A stretch of 64,000 bases of DNA from Bdellovibrionota bacterium (lineage in GTDB: Bacteria > Bdellovibrionota > Bdellovibrionia > Bdellovibrionales > JAMPXM01). Below the pieces are notes generated by a model, which was not told the DNA's origin, searched no databases, and was given only the letters and a program-made list of their open reading frames with translations. The position numbers were made by a program, and so were the translations under genes. The stretch is from contig CAUJGS010000041.1 of NCBI GenBank assembly GCA_963170185.1, positions 8,262-72,261 on the forward strand, given 5' to 3'. Positions 36,192 to 45,182 of the stretch are shown in pieces (the stretch's first letter is position 1; every line of letters begins with the position of its first letter).

Positions 36192-36220
36192 GGGAGGACA
36201 TTGTCCTCCCGTTCTTTTTT
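36192..36220 (+). terminator. intrinsic terminator after the metalloprotease gene
   Basis: GGGAGGAC-att-GTCCTCCC followed by GTTCTTTTTT. Confidence 0.8.
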
Positions 36221-36238
36221 GCGGTAATCGTCTCCTAT

Positions 36239-37144
36239 ATGGATCAGAGCTTTGTTCCGGACTATCGGAAACATCTTGGTGCCGAGTGGGGAGATCGCGG
36301 CGATGCGATCTTTCATGCGTTGCTCACGGATCACCGCAAGCTTGCCCGGAACAGTCGTTTCACTGGTGGCTCGAAAACGGTCTACCATATGGACCCCGCC
36401 TCGCTTTTGCCGGCAGTGGCACTTGATGTTTTGCCTGGGATGGAAGTTTTGGATCTATGTGCGGCACCGGGAGGAAAGACTTTGCTTTTGGCGGAGTCGC
36501 TCTTTTTGGCGCAAAAAGCGCGAAAGCACTCAGAGGAAGTTACCCAAGGGCGCTTGGTCGCCAATGAAATCTCCGACGGTCGTCGAACGCGGTTAAAGAA
36601 TACGATTCGCGATTACATGAACCCCGAGTTTACCGGGCAGGTGCGAGTGACCGGCTACGATGCTTCGCGCTGGGGTCTGAATGAAAAGGAAGCCTATGAT
36701 CGAATCTTGGTCGATGCCCCCTGTTCGGGAGATCGCTTTTTTTTAAAGAAGCTGCACAACCAGCAACTGCATGAATCGGATGCCGATGAAGTTGAGGACT
36801 TCCGACCTGGGCGCACGAAGCGATTGGCGATTCGTCAGTACGCGATTTTGGCCAGCGCTTGGATGGCGCTTAAGCCAGGGGGACGGTTGGTCTACTCGAC
36901 CTGCGCTGTTTCCGAAATCGAAAATGACAAGGTCGTGGCGAAGCTTGTGAAGCGCCAAGGTGTTGATGAATCCGGCGCGCCGGCGCTTCGAGTGGAGCGC
37001 ACTCTTTCGGAAGAGGCCTGCGCCGTGGCCACCAACCACCAGATGGAGTGTGAACCGACGGAGCATGGATTCATTGTTCTTCCGGATCGTTCAGGTGGAG
37101 CGGGTCCGATCTATTTTTCGATTCTCAACAAACTGCAAGGGTAA
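36239..37144 (+). CDS. NOL1/NOP2/Sun (RsmB/RsmF-like) RNA m5C methyltransferase
   Basis: SAM motif LDLCAAPGGKTL. Catalytic motifs DRILVDAPCSGD and LVYSTCA. Confidence 0.85.
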   Translation: MDQSFVPDYRKHLGAEWGDRGDAIFHALLTDHRKLARNSRFTGGSKTVYHMDPASLLPAVALDVLPGMEVLDLCAAPGGKTLLLAESLFLAQKARKHSEEVTQGRLVANEISDGRRTRLKNTIRDYMNPEFTGQVRVTGYDASRWGLNEKEAYDRILVDAPCSGDRFFLKKLHNQQLHESDADEVEDFRPGRTKRLAIRQYAILASAWMALKPGGRLVYSTCAVSEIENDKVVAKLVKRQGVDESGAPALRVERTLSEEACAVATNHQMECEPTEHGFIVLPDRSGGAGPIYFSILNKLQG

Positions 37145-37149
37145 AGACG

Positions 37150-37911
37150 ATGAAGATTCAAGGCGCGAAGGTTTTAGTGACCGGTGGCAATCGAGGAATT
37201 GGACTTGCGATGGCGAGGGCTTTTCGCGAAGCCGGCGCGGACGTCTGGGTCGGGGTTCGCGACGCGAAGGCGATGACGGAGTTTCCTGCGATTGCGCTGG
37301 ATATGGGGTCGCGAGATGCGATCGAGCGTGCGGCTTTGGAACTTCAGGCGATGGAGTTTGATATCTTGGTTAACAACGCCGGGCTTTTGACGGGAGGTCT
37401 TTTGGAAGACCAGTCTGTCGAAGAGATCTACGCCATGCTGCAGGTGAATCTTCTTGGGGTTATCCAGCTTACACACGCGCTGCTGCCGGGAATGGTGAAG
37501 CGTGGACGCGGAAAGATTGTGAACAACTCGAGTGTTTCGGGTGTCATGAATTTCCCTCTGGCTTCGACATATTCCGCGTCGAAGTCCGGAGTTTATGCGT
37601 TCACGCAATGCTTGGCTCAGGAGCTTCGTGGAACCGGGGTTTCGACGTTGGTCATGGTCACGCCGGGCGTAAAAACCCGGATGTTCGATGAAATTCCAAA
37701 AAAGTATGGCGCGAAACTGGATTTGAAACTCATCGAAGGTGCGATTTCGGCGGAAGAATGGGCGCGCGAAGTCGTGCATGCCGTGGAGGATGATCGCGAA
37801 GTTTTGGAGCCCAAAGGCTTCTCAGGGCTGGGGGTCTTTCTTGCTCGGCATACGCCAGGAGTTTTCAATCGTCTGGTCGCGACCAAGTATCGCCGGGACG
37901 GGCTGTTCTAG
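37150..37911 (+). CDS. short-chain dehydrogenase/reductase (SDR)
   Basis: VLVTGGNRGIGLA, NNAG, YSASK catalytic motif. Confidence 0.9.
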   Translation: MKIQGAKVLVTGGNRGIGLAMARAFREAGADVWVGVRDAKAMTEFPAIALDMGSRDAIERAALELQAMEFDILVNNAGLLTGGLLEDQSVEEIYAMLQVNLLGVIQLTHALLPGMVKRGRGKIVNNSSVSGVMNFPLASTYSASKSGVYAFTQCLAQELRGTGVSTLVMVTPGVKTRMFDEIPKKYGAKLDLKLIEGAISAEEWAREVVHAVEDDREVLEPKGFSGLGVFLARHTPGVFNRLVATKYRRDGLF

Positions 37912-37971
37912 ACCGAGGTCCTGGGTTCTTTTCCTTGTCGCGCACAAGGGTTTATCGAGACAATACGCCAT

Positions 37972-39300
37972 ATGGATTTGAATGCCCTTGTGCGGCTGAT
38001 TTATGCGAAGCACGAACTGATGTTGGGCGTGTCGATTACGCTTTTGCTGATCGTCACCGTTTTGATGTTGGTTCGATCGGTGATGGAAGACCGCCAGGCC
38101 GAAAAAAAATCGGACAAATCTGGAGACCTCGACGCTAAGACTTTGAACACGGCGATCGAGGGAGCCATGAAAAAGGTTTTGGCTGATAAGGGTATTCAGG
38201 GAGCAATTGCTGGTGCCGCGGGTGCGTCTGTTGCTGGCGGCGGGGCGGCCGGCCCGGAGGCCGCCGAACTTAAAAAATCGTTGAGCGAGAAAGAAGCAAA
38301 GATCGCGGCGCTGATGACCGATATCGAAGCTCTGAAAGTCGCGGCGGATAAAGTGCAACCGACGGCGGACGGTGGCGTGGCTCACGGTGTGGACATCGGG
38401 GCTTTGCAGGCGAAACTCGCGGAGCTACAGGCAAAACTCGCGGAGTACGAGATCATCGAGGACGATATCGCCGATCTTTCGATGTACAAAGAAGAGAACA
38501 AAAAACTCAAAGCCGAACTGACCACTTTGAAAGCGGCTGTCGAAACTGCGCAGACCCAAGTTCATGCGGCGAGTGTTTCTGTCGAGGCGGCTCCGCACGT
38601 TGAAGACCCGGTGCAAGTCGCGCAGGCGGCGGTGACGTCTCCAGCTCCTCAGGAAAAGTTCGAGCTCGATAAGAGCGACAGTGTCATGAACGAGTTCGCT
38701 CAGGCGATTTCTGGCGAATCTTCGACGGCGGCTCAGCCGGAGACAAGTTTTGAATCGCAGCTCGTGGTGGCGTCGGATTCGCCATTGGCGGACCCTCAGG
38801 CGGCAATCGATGCGATCATGTCGCAGTCGCAAGCAGAGGAACAGGCGGTAGCCGAGAAGGCACCTAGTGAGGAAAACCTCGAGGTGACGGAGGCCTTGCC
38901 TGAGTTGCCGGTCGAAACGGCCGCGGCGACGCCCGGGGTTTTGGATGAGGCTTTGGATACCAATAAACTTCAGGCCGAGGTTTCTAAACTGGCAGCCGAA
39001 CTCGAGAGTATGGCGCTAGAGGCCGCCGGAGACTCTTCGGTTCTCGACGAGAGTTTGGATACGGATAAGCTGATGCAGGAACTCGCTGGCTCGGAAGAAC
39101 CGACAAAACCAGCGACACCGCCGCAAACACTTGAGAGCTCGTTAGCAAGCCCGCGCGAGAGTGCGGTTGTCTCCGCCAAGCCGGAAGTCGTTGAATCGGG
39201 AGCTAAGCCCCGTCCGCCGTCAGCACCCGCGGAAGATGACCTTCTGGCGGAATTCAAGGATGTCGATTTTCAAAACTCAAAGACCACGAAGGGATCTTGA
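37972..39300 (+). CDS. membrane-anchored acidic coiled-coil protein
   Basis: N-terminal TM helix (LGVSITLLLIVTVLMLV), then heptad-like repeats (LQAKLAELQAKLAEYE) and a long Ala/Glu/Ser-rich acidic tail. Confidence 0.6.
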   Translation: MDLNALVRLIYAKHELMLGVSITLLLIVTVLMLVRSVMEDRQAEKKSDKSGDLDAKTLNTAIEGAMKKVLADKGIQGAIAGAAGASVAGGGAAGPEAAELKKSLSEKEAKIAALMTDIEALKVAADKVQPTADGGVAHGVDIGALQAKLAELQAKLAEYEIIEDDIADLSMYKEENKKLKAELTTLKAAVETAQTQVHAASVSVEAAPHVEDPVQVAQAAVTSPAPQEKFELDKSDSVMNEFAQAISGESSTAAQPETSFESQLVVASDSPLADPQAAIDAIMSQSQAEEQAVAEKAPSEENLEVTEALPELPVETAAATPGVLDEALDTNKLQAEVSKLAAELESMALEAAGDSSVLDESLDTDKLMQELAGSEEPTKPATPPQTLESSLASPRESAVVSAKPEVVESGAKPRPPSAPAEDDLLAEFKDVDFQNSKTTKGS

Positions 39301-39301
39301 A

Positions 39302-40126
39302 ATGGGATTGTCGCGTTGGAGTTTCTTGAGTTCGCTTTCTGTCGTCGTCGTGTTTGGCGCGATGGAGTATGGACAAGCGGCGATTGACCGCAAGTCGGAA
39401 TGGATCACGCCGAAGGCTTCGGAGAAAAACGCAGGCAAAGATGCGGTGAAGCCAGTGGCGGGCGTGAAGCCCGGTAAGTCGGTTTCGATTCAGCAAACGA
39501 TGATTGCTTTGGAGCTTCCGTTTGAAAATCGCATCGCGGCTTTGCGGGCGCAGGGGCCTCAGGGCTACAAGAATCTTCGAGATATCATGTTTGGTCGCGA
39601 CAGCAAGATCGATTCGCGCTGGCGGGCGACGATGGCGCTTGGACGCATCGGTGGACGTTTTAGTCTTCCGGAGCTTGAGCGCGCCTCGAAGGCCAGTGTT
39701 TGGGAGCTTCGCAGTGCTGCTTTGATCGCTGTTTCAAGAATCGATCGCGCGACGGCGTCGAAATGGTCGCGTCGCTTGTTGCAAGACAAGGCTCTCTTGG
39801 TGCGATTGACGGCTGTTGAAACTCTAGAGACGGTGGGAGATCGCACGGCGATTCCCGAGCTCTGGGCGCAGCTCGATAGCCGGCAAAACTTCAAAGGTAG
39901 TCGAAGTCTCTTCATTCGTCGTCGGATCGTGGAGGCTTTGACGAAGCTCGAGTCTCCGACAGCCACGGCTCGGTTTGCTCGACTTTTAGAAGAAGAAGAT
40001 CCGCAGATTCATCGTTCTGCGATTTTGGCTCTTGAGAAACTAACAGGGCAAACCATGGGAAAACCAAGCGACCCGCTTTCGCGTCGCCGAGCTCTGTGGC
40101 AGCAGTGGCAGTCGACTCAAGGCTGA
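39302..40126 (+). CDS. HEAT-repeat protein
   Basis: Start at ATG 39302, 1 nt after the upstream stop, with a signal-like N-terminus. Repeated WRATMALGRIG / VWELRSAALIAVSRI / VRLTAVETLETVGD / RSAILALEKL helices. Confidence 0.7.
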   Translation: MGLSRWSFLSSLSVVVVFGAMEYGQAAIDRKSEWITPKASEKNAGKDAVKPVAGVKPGKSVSIQQTMIALELPFENRIAALRAQGPQGYKNLRDIMFGRDSKIDSRWRATMALGRIGGRFSLPELERASKASVWELRSAALIAVSRIDRATASKWSRRLLQDKALLVRLTAVETLETVGDRTAIPELWAQLDSRQNFKGSRSLFIRRRIVEALTKLESPTATARFARLLEEEDPQIHRSAILALEKLTGQTMGKPSDPLSRRRALWQQWQSTQG

Positions 40127-40638
40127 TTCTTCTTGTTCGCTTTGTCGTTGGCTTTTGCGATGGCGCGTGCGAGTTGAAGTTCGCGCCCGATTCGATAGAG
40201 AATGACCTGCTCCTCTAAACCGTCGCTTTTTTGTGTGACGGGTTCCGAGAAAAAGTCCCTTAAAATTTCAGCGCGCTTGGTGATCTGCACTTTGATGGCG
40301 GGTTTGTCTTCCGAGCGTCCGCGGACGAGACGCACGAGAAGTCGATAGCGATACCCTGGTGAGAGCGGCCCTGGTTCGAGAGGCGAACGAAACCGCGCTT
40401 CACCTTTGATGAAGTCCGTTTCGAAAATTCCGGCTTCGGTATTATCCACCTTTTGTGGGTAGCGAATCATGGACTGCTTGAGGGCGATCTCGACATCTTC
40501 GTAGTTGGCATAGAAGACCCGGCTATAAGGACCGCTCGAATTTTTGCGCTCTTCAAGACGCTGAGTCGCCGTCGTGCAAGCCGACAACGACAACAACAGC
40601 GATATGGCTAAGAAAGAAATATTGCCGCGCAACTGCAC
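40117..40638 (-). CDS. lipoprotein, function unknown
   Basis: GTG at 40638 gives M-QLRGNISFLAISLLLSLSAC (lipobox). In-frame sequence upstream overlaps the preceding gene. The start codon lies inside a repeat-family hairpin. Confidence 0.6.
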   Translation of the reverse strand: MQLRGNISFLAISLLLSLSACTTATQRLEERKNSSGPYSRVFYANYEDVEIALKQSMIRYPQKVDNTEAGIFETDFIKGEARFRSPLEPGPLSPGYRYRLLVRLVRGRSEDKPAIKVQITKRAEILRDFFSEPVTQKSDGLEEQVILYRIGRELQLARAIAKANDKANKKNQP

Positions 40639-40675
40639 GGCAAGCAGTACCGACCGGAGGTCGGTACGCCACCTA
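40621..40675 (-). repeat. two-hairpin repeat family, locus C
   Basis: Minus strand reads TAG-GTGGCG-TACCGACC TCC GGTCGGTA-CTGC-TTGCCGTGC AGTT GCGCGGCAA-TATTT. From CTGCT to ATTT it matches locus D at 27 of 31 positions. Confidence 0.8.
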
Positions 40676-42202
40676 TAGATCAACGGCGCTTTTTGAGACG
40701 TGCGAGAGTCCGTCGATAATGCTTGGGCTGAGACTGACGTTGGTTCCTTGAGTAGCAGCACCGAACAAAACCTCCCAGCGATGCGAGCCGGAGATCGCGC
40801 TTCCCATTTCAGGAAGTTCCATCGAAGCACTCCAGCCAGTCGCATAAACGTCCCAAACCGGTGACTTGCGGTCGATTTGCATCGAGCCCGAGGTCACACG
40901 ATCGATCTTGTTCAGCGTCGCATACGTCGCAGCAGGTGTCACGGAAGCAACCGACGACTTCGGCGGATTAAGGCCGAGAGTCGAGCCGCGCGCCGTTGGG
41001 GCTTTTGCGATATCGAGGAATTCAAACTTCGTCGTCCCCGTGTTGGGAGAAATCACGACCGACATAGCGTCAGCGCCCGCACCTGAGCTTGGTGCGTTGG
41101 TGTCGCGAAGTGCGCCGACGAGGTAGCCAGGAACGCCTTTTGGCGAAACGAGGCGACGTGTTTCCGAAGGTCCAAGTTTTTTGACGTCGGTTGGATACAG
41201 AAGCCCACCGTTTTCTGCGACGGAAACTGCGAGCATCGTTTGCGAGCTAGCAAAACGAGGTGCCGTCACGTCGACCTTTGCATCAAATACGGTGTCAGTG
41301 ATCGAGAGATCTTGGTTGGTAGACGGGCTAGAAAGCGCAATGTCTTTGATCGTGGCACTTTTAAATTCGAAGTAGTTTAAGATGTCGAAGAACGACTTTC
41401 CGGCGCGAAGATCGTCGACGACTTCTTCAAATGGGAAGCGCGCGTGAGCCGCGACCATTTTCCAAGTGCGTGGTTCTGGCAAATAGCTGCGGAACACGGG
41501 CTTGTCGAGCGTGATCGTGAAGAAGTAGCGCTCTTGCTGTTTAGGCAAGGAGACGTTGCTTGGAATATTGATCGACTGCCCCATGATCGTGATGGTGTCG
41601 ACTTCAGGGCTCACGAGATCTGTTACTTGCAACGATGCCAGTTGATCTTTGCGCAAAGCCGGGAAGATGACGCCGACGTCGACCCAGCCGTCTTGCTTGA
41701 GATTTTTAAAGCCAGTCGCTTTACCTTTAAGTTCCATGCGTTGCGCTTGGATCTTGCGGCGAACCTGAAGAGCCAGAGCTTGAGGTGCCTGATTCATCCA
41801 TGTTGCGCGAACGAAGCCAGCGACTTCGACAGTGATAGGCTGAGCGTCTGTCCATTGTGCGGGCAGGGCGATCTTGCCATCAGCGTCTGTTGTGAGCACG
41901 TTTCCAGGGAATGGGACATTTTCGCGTGCCCCGATCATGACCTTTGCTTGCGCCAAAGGCTGACCGCCTTGGTCAGCAACAAGCAGGTGGCCAGCGATAG
42001 GAGCCAAGGCTGTGATGCCCGCTTGGTTAGAGTCTGATGGGATCGAAACTTGTTCACGCGAGCAGGCTGCTGCGGAAAGCAGCAATGCCATGGGCAGAAC
42101 CACCCAGAACTTGGATGATAGGTTGGCTGACAGTTTGAATGACTGTTTGAATGACTGTGCAGTCTTGTTGGCCCGAGTCGTTTCCGTCTTTGGTCGAGTC
42201 AT
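40673..42202 (-). CDS. large lipoprotein, function unknown (carboxypeptidase-regulatory-like N-terminal fold possible)
   Basis: Lipobox LLLSAAAC. Segment GHLLVADQGGQPLAQAKVMIG...TTDADGKIALP resembles CarboxypepD_reg-type beta-sandwich domains. Confidence 0.6.
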   Translation of the reverse strand: MTRPKTETTRANKTAQSFKQSFKLSANLSSKFWVVLPMALLLSAAACSREQVSIPSDSNQAGITALAPIAGHLLVADQGGQPLAQAKVMIGARENVPFPGNVLTTDADGKIALPAQWTDAQPITVEVAGFVRATWMNQAPQALALQVRRKIQAQRMELKGKATGFKNLKQDGWVDVGVIFPALRKDQLASLQVTDLVSPEVDTITIMGQSINIPSNVSLPKQQERYFFTITLDKPVFRSYLPEPRTWKMVAAHARFPFEEVVDDLRAGKSFFDILNYFEFKSATIKDIALSSPSTNQDLSITDTVFDAKVDVTAPRFASSQTMLAVSVAENGGLLYPTDVKKLGPSETRRLVSPKGVPGYLVGALRDTNAPSSGAGADAMSVVISPNTGTTKFEFLDIAKAPTARGSTLGLNPPKSSVASVTPAATYATLNKIDRVTSGSMQIDRKSPVWDVYATGWSASMELPEMGSAISGSHRWEVLFGAATQGTNVSLSPSIIDGLSHVSKSAVDL

Positions 42203-42311
42203 TTTTCCCCTCCGTTGGTACGGGGGATAGTCGACCCAAGGCGGAAAAATGTGTCAATTCTACATGGTTAGGATGGCGCAGTCCGCCACCAATTAGTGGG
42301 GCATCCTCGAC

Positions 42312-42752
42312 TCATCGCACTGCGTGTGCGCGTAGGGGCGGTAGAGAAAGAGATCTCAGGGCGGCGATCCGCTCGTCGGTCATGTGGAGGCGGCACTGCT
42401 GAGTGGCCGGGTTGAGCCGGTTTTCGTAGTCCCGTAGCTCGAGGCCAGCGAGCTCGCATTGAGCATCCCGATAATCACGCCACTTGGATTGCGCGTCTTT
42501 CAGCCGTGAAAGTGATGGATTTTTCGCTTCGCGGGTCAGGAGCGTTTTGAAGAGAACTGAGAGCTCGGTTTCGGCAATGGCGATTTGCACGCCAAGGCAT
42601 TCGGCAAGCTCACCGCTTGGCGCCTCGGCGCACGAGGCACGCTTATCGGCACCGACGGTTCCGCTTTCTGTCGAAGCATCGGCGGCGATAGAGCCCAGAA
42701 GAGTGGCAACAAGAGCGAGAGTGGTGACGATCAGACGGCGCGTTTTGGTCAT
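42312..42752 (-). CDS. DUF1311 / LprI-like (lysozyme-inhibitor family) secreted protein
   Basis: Signal peptide MTKTRRLIVTTLALVATLLGSIAADA. Family motif AQSKWRDYRDAQCEL. Confidence 0.7.
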   Translation of the reverse strand: MTKTRRLIVTTLALVATLLGSIAADASTESGTVGADKRASCAEAPSGELAECLGVQIAIAETELSVLFKTLLTREAKNPSLSRLKDAQSKWRDYRDAQCELAGLELRDYENRLNPATQQCRLHMTDERIAALRSLSLPPLRAHAVR

Positions 42753-42902
42753 ATGAGTGGCTTGCGCTCGCAAGAAGTCTTCCACATGAAGTCGCGTGAT
42801 CTCTGCGGCATAGCGCGGAGTTGGTGGTTGAGAGCCGAGAGGAATTTTCCGAAGTGTTTGATTTCTCGACAGCCAGGAGGGTGGCCTTGCCGGTTTTGGG
42901 CC

Positions 42903-42932
42903 TTGACGGGCCTCCCGGTTTTTACTTATGGT
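42903..42932 (+). promoter_or_regulatory. putative sigma70 promoter of the tRNA gene
   Basis: TTGACG (42903-08), 18 nt, TATGGT (42927-32), then a GC-rich discriminator GGTCGCTCGC. The tRNA starts about 20 nt downstream. Confidence 0.45.
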
Positions 42933-42951
42933 GGTCGCTCGCTTTTACCGT

Positions 42952-43028
<77 letters not shown>

Positions 43029-43037
43029 CTTTTTAAA

Positions 43038-43067
43038 GCTCGCTGACTTCTGCAGCGGGCTTTTTTA
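43038..43067 (+). terminator. intrinsic terminator after the tRNA
   Basis: GCTCGCTG-acttctg-CAGCGGGC (one G.U pair) followed by TTTTTTATTTT. Confidence 0.8.
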
Positions 43068-43103
43068 TTTTAAACCACAAGAGATTTTAGGCGACGATTT
43101 CGA

Positions 43104-43490
43104 TCACTGGTCGCTCTTTCTAAAGAGTTCTCGTAGGCGGGAAACTCCTTGAGAAAGCCCTTGAGAAAGCCATGATGTGATCTGAGGTTTGGGTGGGAGA
43201 GCGCCGAGTTCTGAAAGTCGTTGGAGCACGAGATCGTTTCCGTAACGAACGGCGGCCTCGCGTGGAGTGGTGTCGTCGAAAAAGGACCTGAGATTCGGGT
43301 CGGCACCGTTTTCGAGAAGGTAAAGTGCGACTTCCGTGTGGCCACCCGAGATGGCTGCCACCAAGGGTGTGGCGAGGATCTCGGGGTGCTGATAGTTGGG
43401 GTTCACTTCATTTTCGATATGGTAGCGAACGAGTGCGAGATCGCCCCGTAGTGCCGCCGCATACATGTCTTTCCAGTCTCCAGCCGACAT
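43104..43490 (-). CDS. ankyrin-repeat protein
   Basis: Three ANK-like units: AALRGDLALVRYHIENEVNPN; TPLVAAISGGHTEVALYLLENGADPN; TPREAAVRYGNDLVLQRL. Confidence 0.8.
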   Translation of the reverse strand: MSAGDWKDMYAAALRGDLALVRYHIENEVNPNYQHPEILATPLVAAISGGHTEVALYLLENGADPNLRSFFDDTTPREAAVRYGNDLVLQRLSELGALPPKPQITSWLSQGLSQGVSRLRELFRKSDQ

Positions 43491-43632
43491 CGTATCGCGA
43501 TGTTAACGGAATGTTTCAATGGTGGCCAACACGAAGTTTCTCTCGAGAATTTTCAACGAGCTGCTTGGCTCTTGCTGGGTGTGATTTTGCGGCTGTAAGC
43601 AGGGGACGATTCCATCTATAAAAGGAGGCCTT

Positions 43633-44424
43633 GTGAAGGCGATTGGCTTGGTTTTGGTAGCTATGGGTTCCATGATCGCGGCGTCGTTGCCGGAATTGTC
43701 CTCGGCCTCGGCGACGCAGCCGTTGCGTTCAGCTCCGCTGAAGCGTTTGATCTGCGAAGAGATTCGCTACAAGTTCGAGGATCAGGCGGAGAAACATCTT
43801 TTCTTTGGTCGCTTGAGTCAGAAAGACTGCGTAGCTGGCCGGTTCGTCGTGACCAAGTCGGTTTACGACAATGCGCTTAAGACCACGACGCTGTTGGAAG
43901 TCGAGTTCGAGACGGGTTTCGGCAAGTTTGCGATCGCCGGGAATGCGAAACTTGGGCTGGCGATCACTGCGGATCGTCAGGGTTTGATTTCTAAGAGCTG
44001 GAAAGTCTTGGAGTCGGGTGTCGCGATCGAGGACTCGCGCGCGGTTTCCGATGTTCTAAAAGACTACTTCGAATTCGAGAAAGTCGATTTCCACAATGGT
44101 TCATTTTCGTTGGATCCTGCGGCAAAGGGACTGACGTCCAAGGATCTCGTTTTCGATCTCGAGCAAATGTTAGAAGACGGTGAAGCGACGGATTCCTGCC
44201 GATACCTCAATGAGGAGTCGCCGAAGGGCGCAATTGAGTACTTAAAGGAGTACGCACCGGACTTGGCGACGTATCTGGAGGCGAAGCTGGCGGCGGGTGA
44301 AATCGCTCTAGCGGTGTCGCGCACCTACGATTCGGGGGAGAGCGAGTACTGTTCGCACTACTTCTTTGAGATCGTCACGAAGGATGGGCTTCGGGTTTCT
44401 CTTCAGTTCGACTTCACGACCTAA
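43633..44424 (+). CDS. secreted hypothetical protein
   Basis: SD AAAGGAGG before GTG 43633. Signal peptide MKAIGLVLVAMGSMIAASLPELSSASA. No domain recognised. Confidence 0.6.
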   Translation: MKAIGLVLVAMGSMIAASLPELSSASATQPLRSAPLKRLICEEIRYKFEDQAEKHLFFGRLSQKDCVAGRFVVTKSVYDNALKTTTLLEVEFETGFGKFAIAGNAKLGLAITADRQGLISKSWKVLESGVAIEDSRAVSDVLKDYFEFEKVDFHNGSFSLDPAAKGLTSKDLVFDLEQMLEDGEATDSCRYLNEESPKGAIEYLKEYAPDLATYLEAKLAAGEIALAVSRTYDSGESEYCSHYFFEIVTKDGLRVSLQFDFTT

Positions 44425-44488
44425 AGAATCCACTTCTCAATTGCACCGTTGATTGTAAGATCGAGGCCAAATAGGCTGATTCGATCTT

Positions 44489-45157
44489 ATGAAGACGGTG
44501 CTTTGCGTAGAAGACAACCGCGAGATTCAGATTTTGGTGCGGGCGGCGCTGGACCAACACTCGGTTCTCACGGCGGAAAACTTGAAAGAAGCTAGGCGGC
44601 TTTTAAAAGGTCAGCGCGTTGATCTTTTGGTGCTCGATATCGAACTTCCAGATGGAGATGGTCTCGATCTGCTGGCTGAGATCGAGGGTCAGGGAATTCC
44701 GGTTTTTGTTCTCACCGGTAAAACCGAGATATCAAAAAAAGTGATCGCATTTTCATTGGGTGCGGACGACTTTTTGTCCAAGCCATTTGACCCGTTGGAG
44801 CTTCGTGCGCGAGCTAACGCGAAGTTCAAAAAACTTGATCAGGCGACCGAGCATCAAAGCGTCTTGAAGATTCGCAATCTGACGATCGAAGTCGAAAAAC
44901 AAAGAGTGTACCTCTCAAACGTCGGTTCGCGTGATCCGATTGCTCTTACGTCGCTGGAGTTTCGTTTGCTTTTGGCGTTTGCGCGCTCACCGGAACGGGT
45001 TTTTTCTCGGCAGATTCTTTTGGACAAGGTCTGGGGGACTGAAGTCAATATCACGGATCGCACAGTCGACACGCATGTGAACCATCTTCGGAAGAAGTTA
45101 AAGGCGTCCGATGTGAAAATCGAGACGGTTTTAAACGAAGGGTATCGCCTTATCTAG
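44489..45157 (+). CDS. OmpR-family response regulator
   Basis: REC domain (LLVLDIELPDGDGLDL, SKPF) plus a winged helix (LTSLEFRLLLAF..., VDTHVNHLRKKL, GYRL). Confidence 0.9.
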   Translation: MKTVLCVEDNREIQILVRAALDQHSVLTAENLKEARRLLKGQRVDLLVLDIELPDGDGLDLLAEIEGQGIPVFVLTGKTEISKKVIAFSLGADDFLSKPFDPLELRARANAKFKKLDQATEHQSVLKIRNLTIEVEKQRVYLSNVGSRDPIALTSLEFRLLLAFARSPERVFSRQILLDKVWGTEVNITDRTVDTHVNHLRKKLKASDVKIETVLNEGYRLI

Positions 45158-45182
45158 AGAAAGCGATTGGGAAGCTTCGTGT

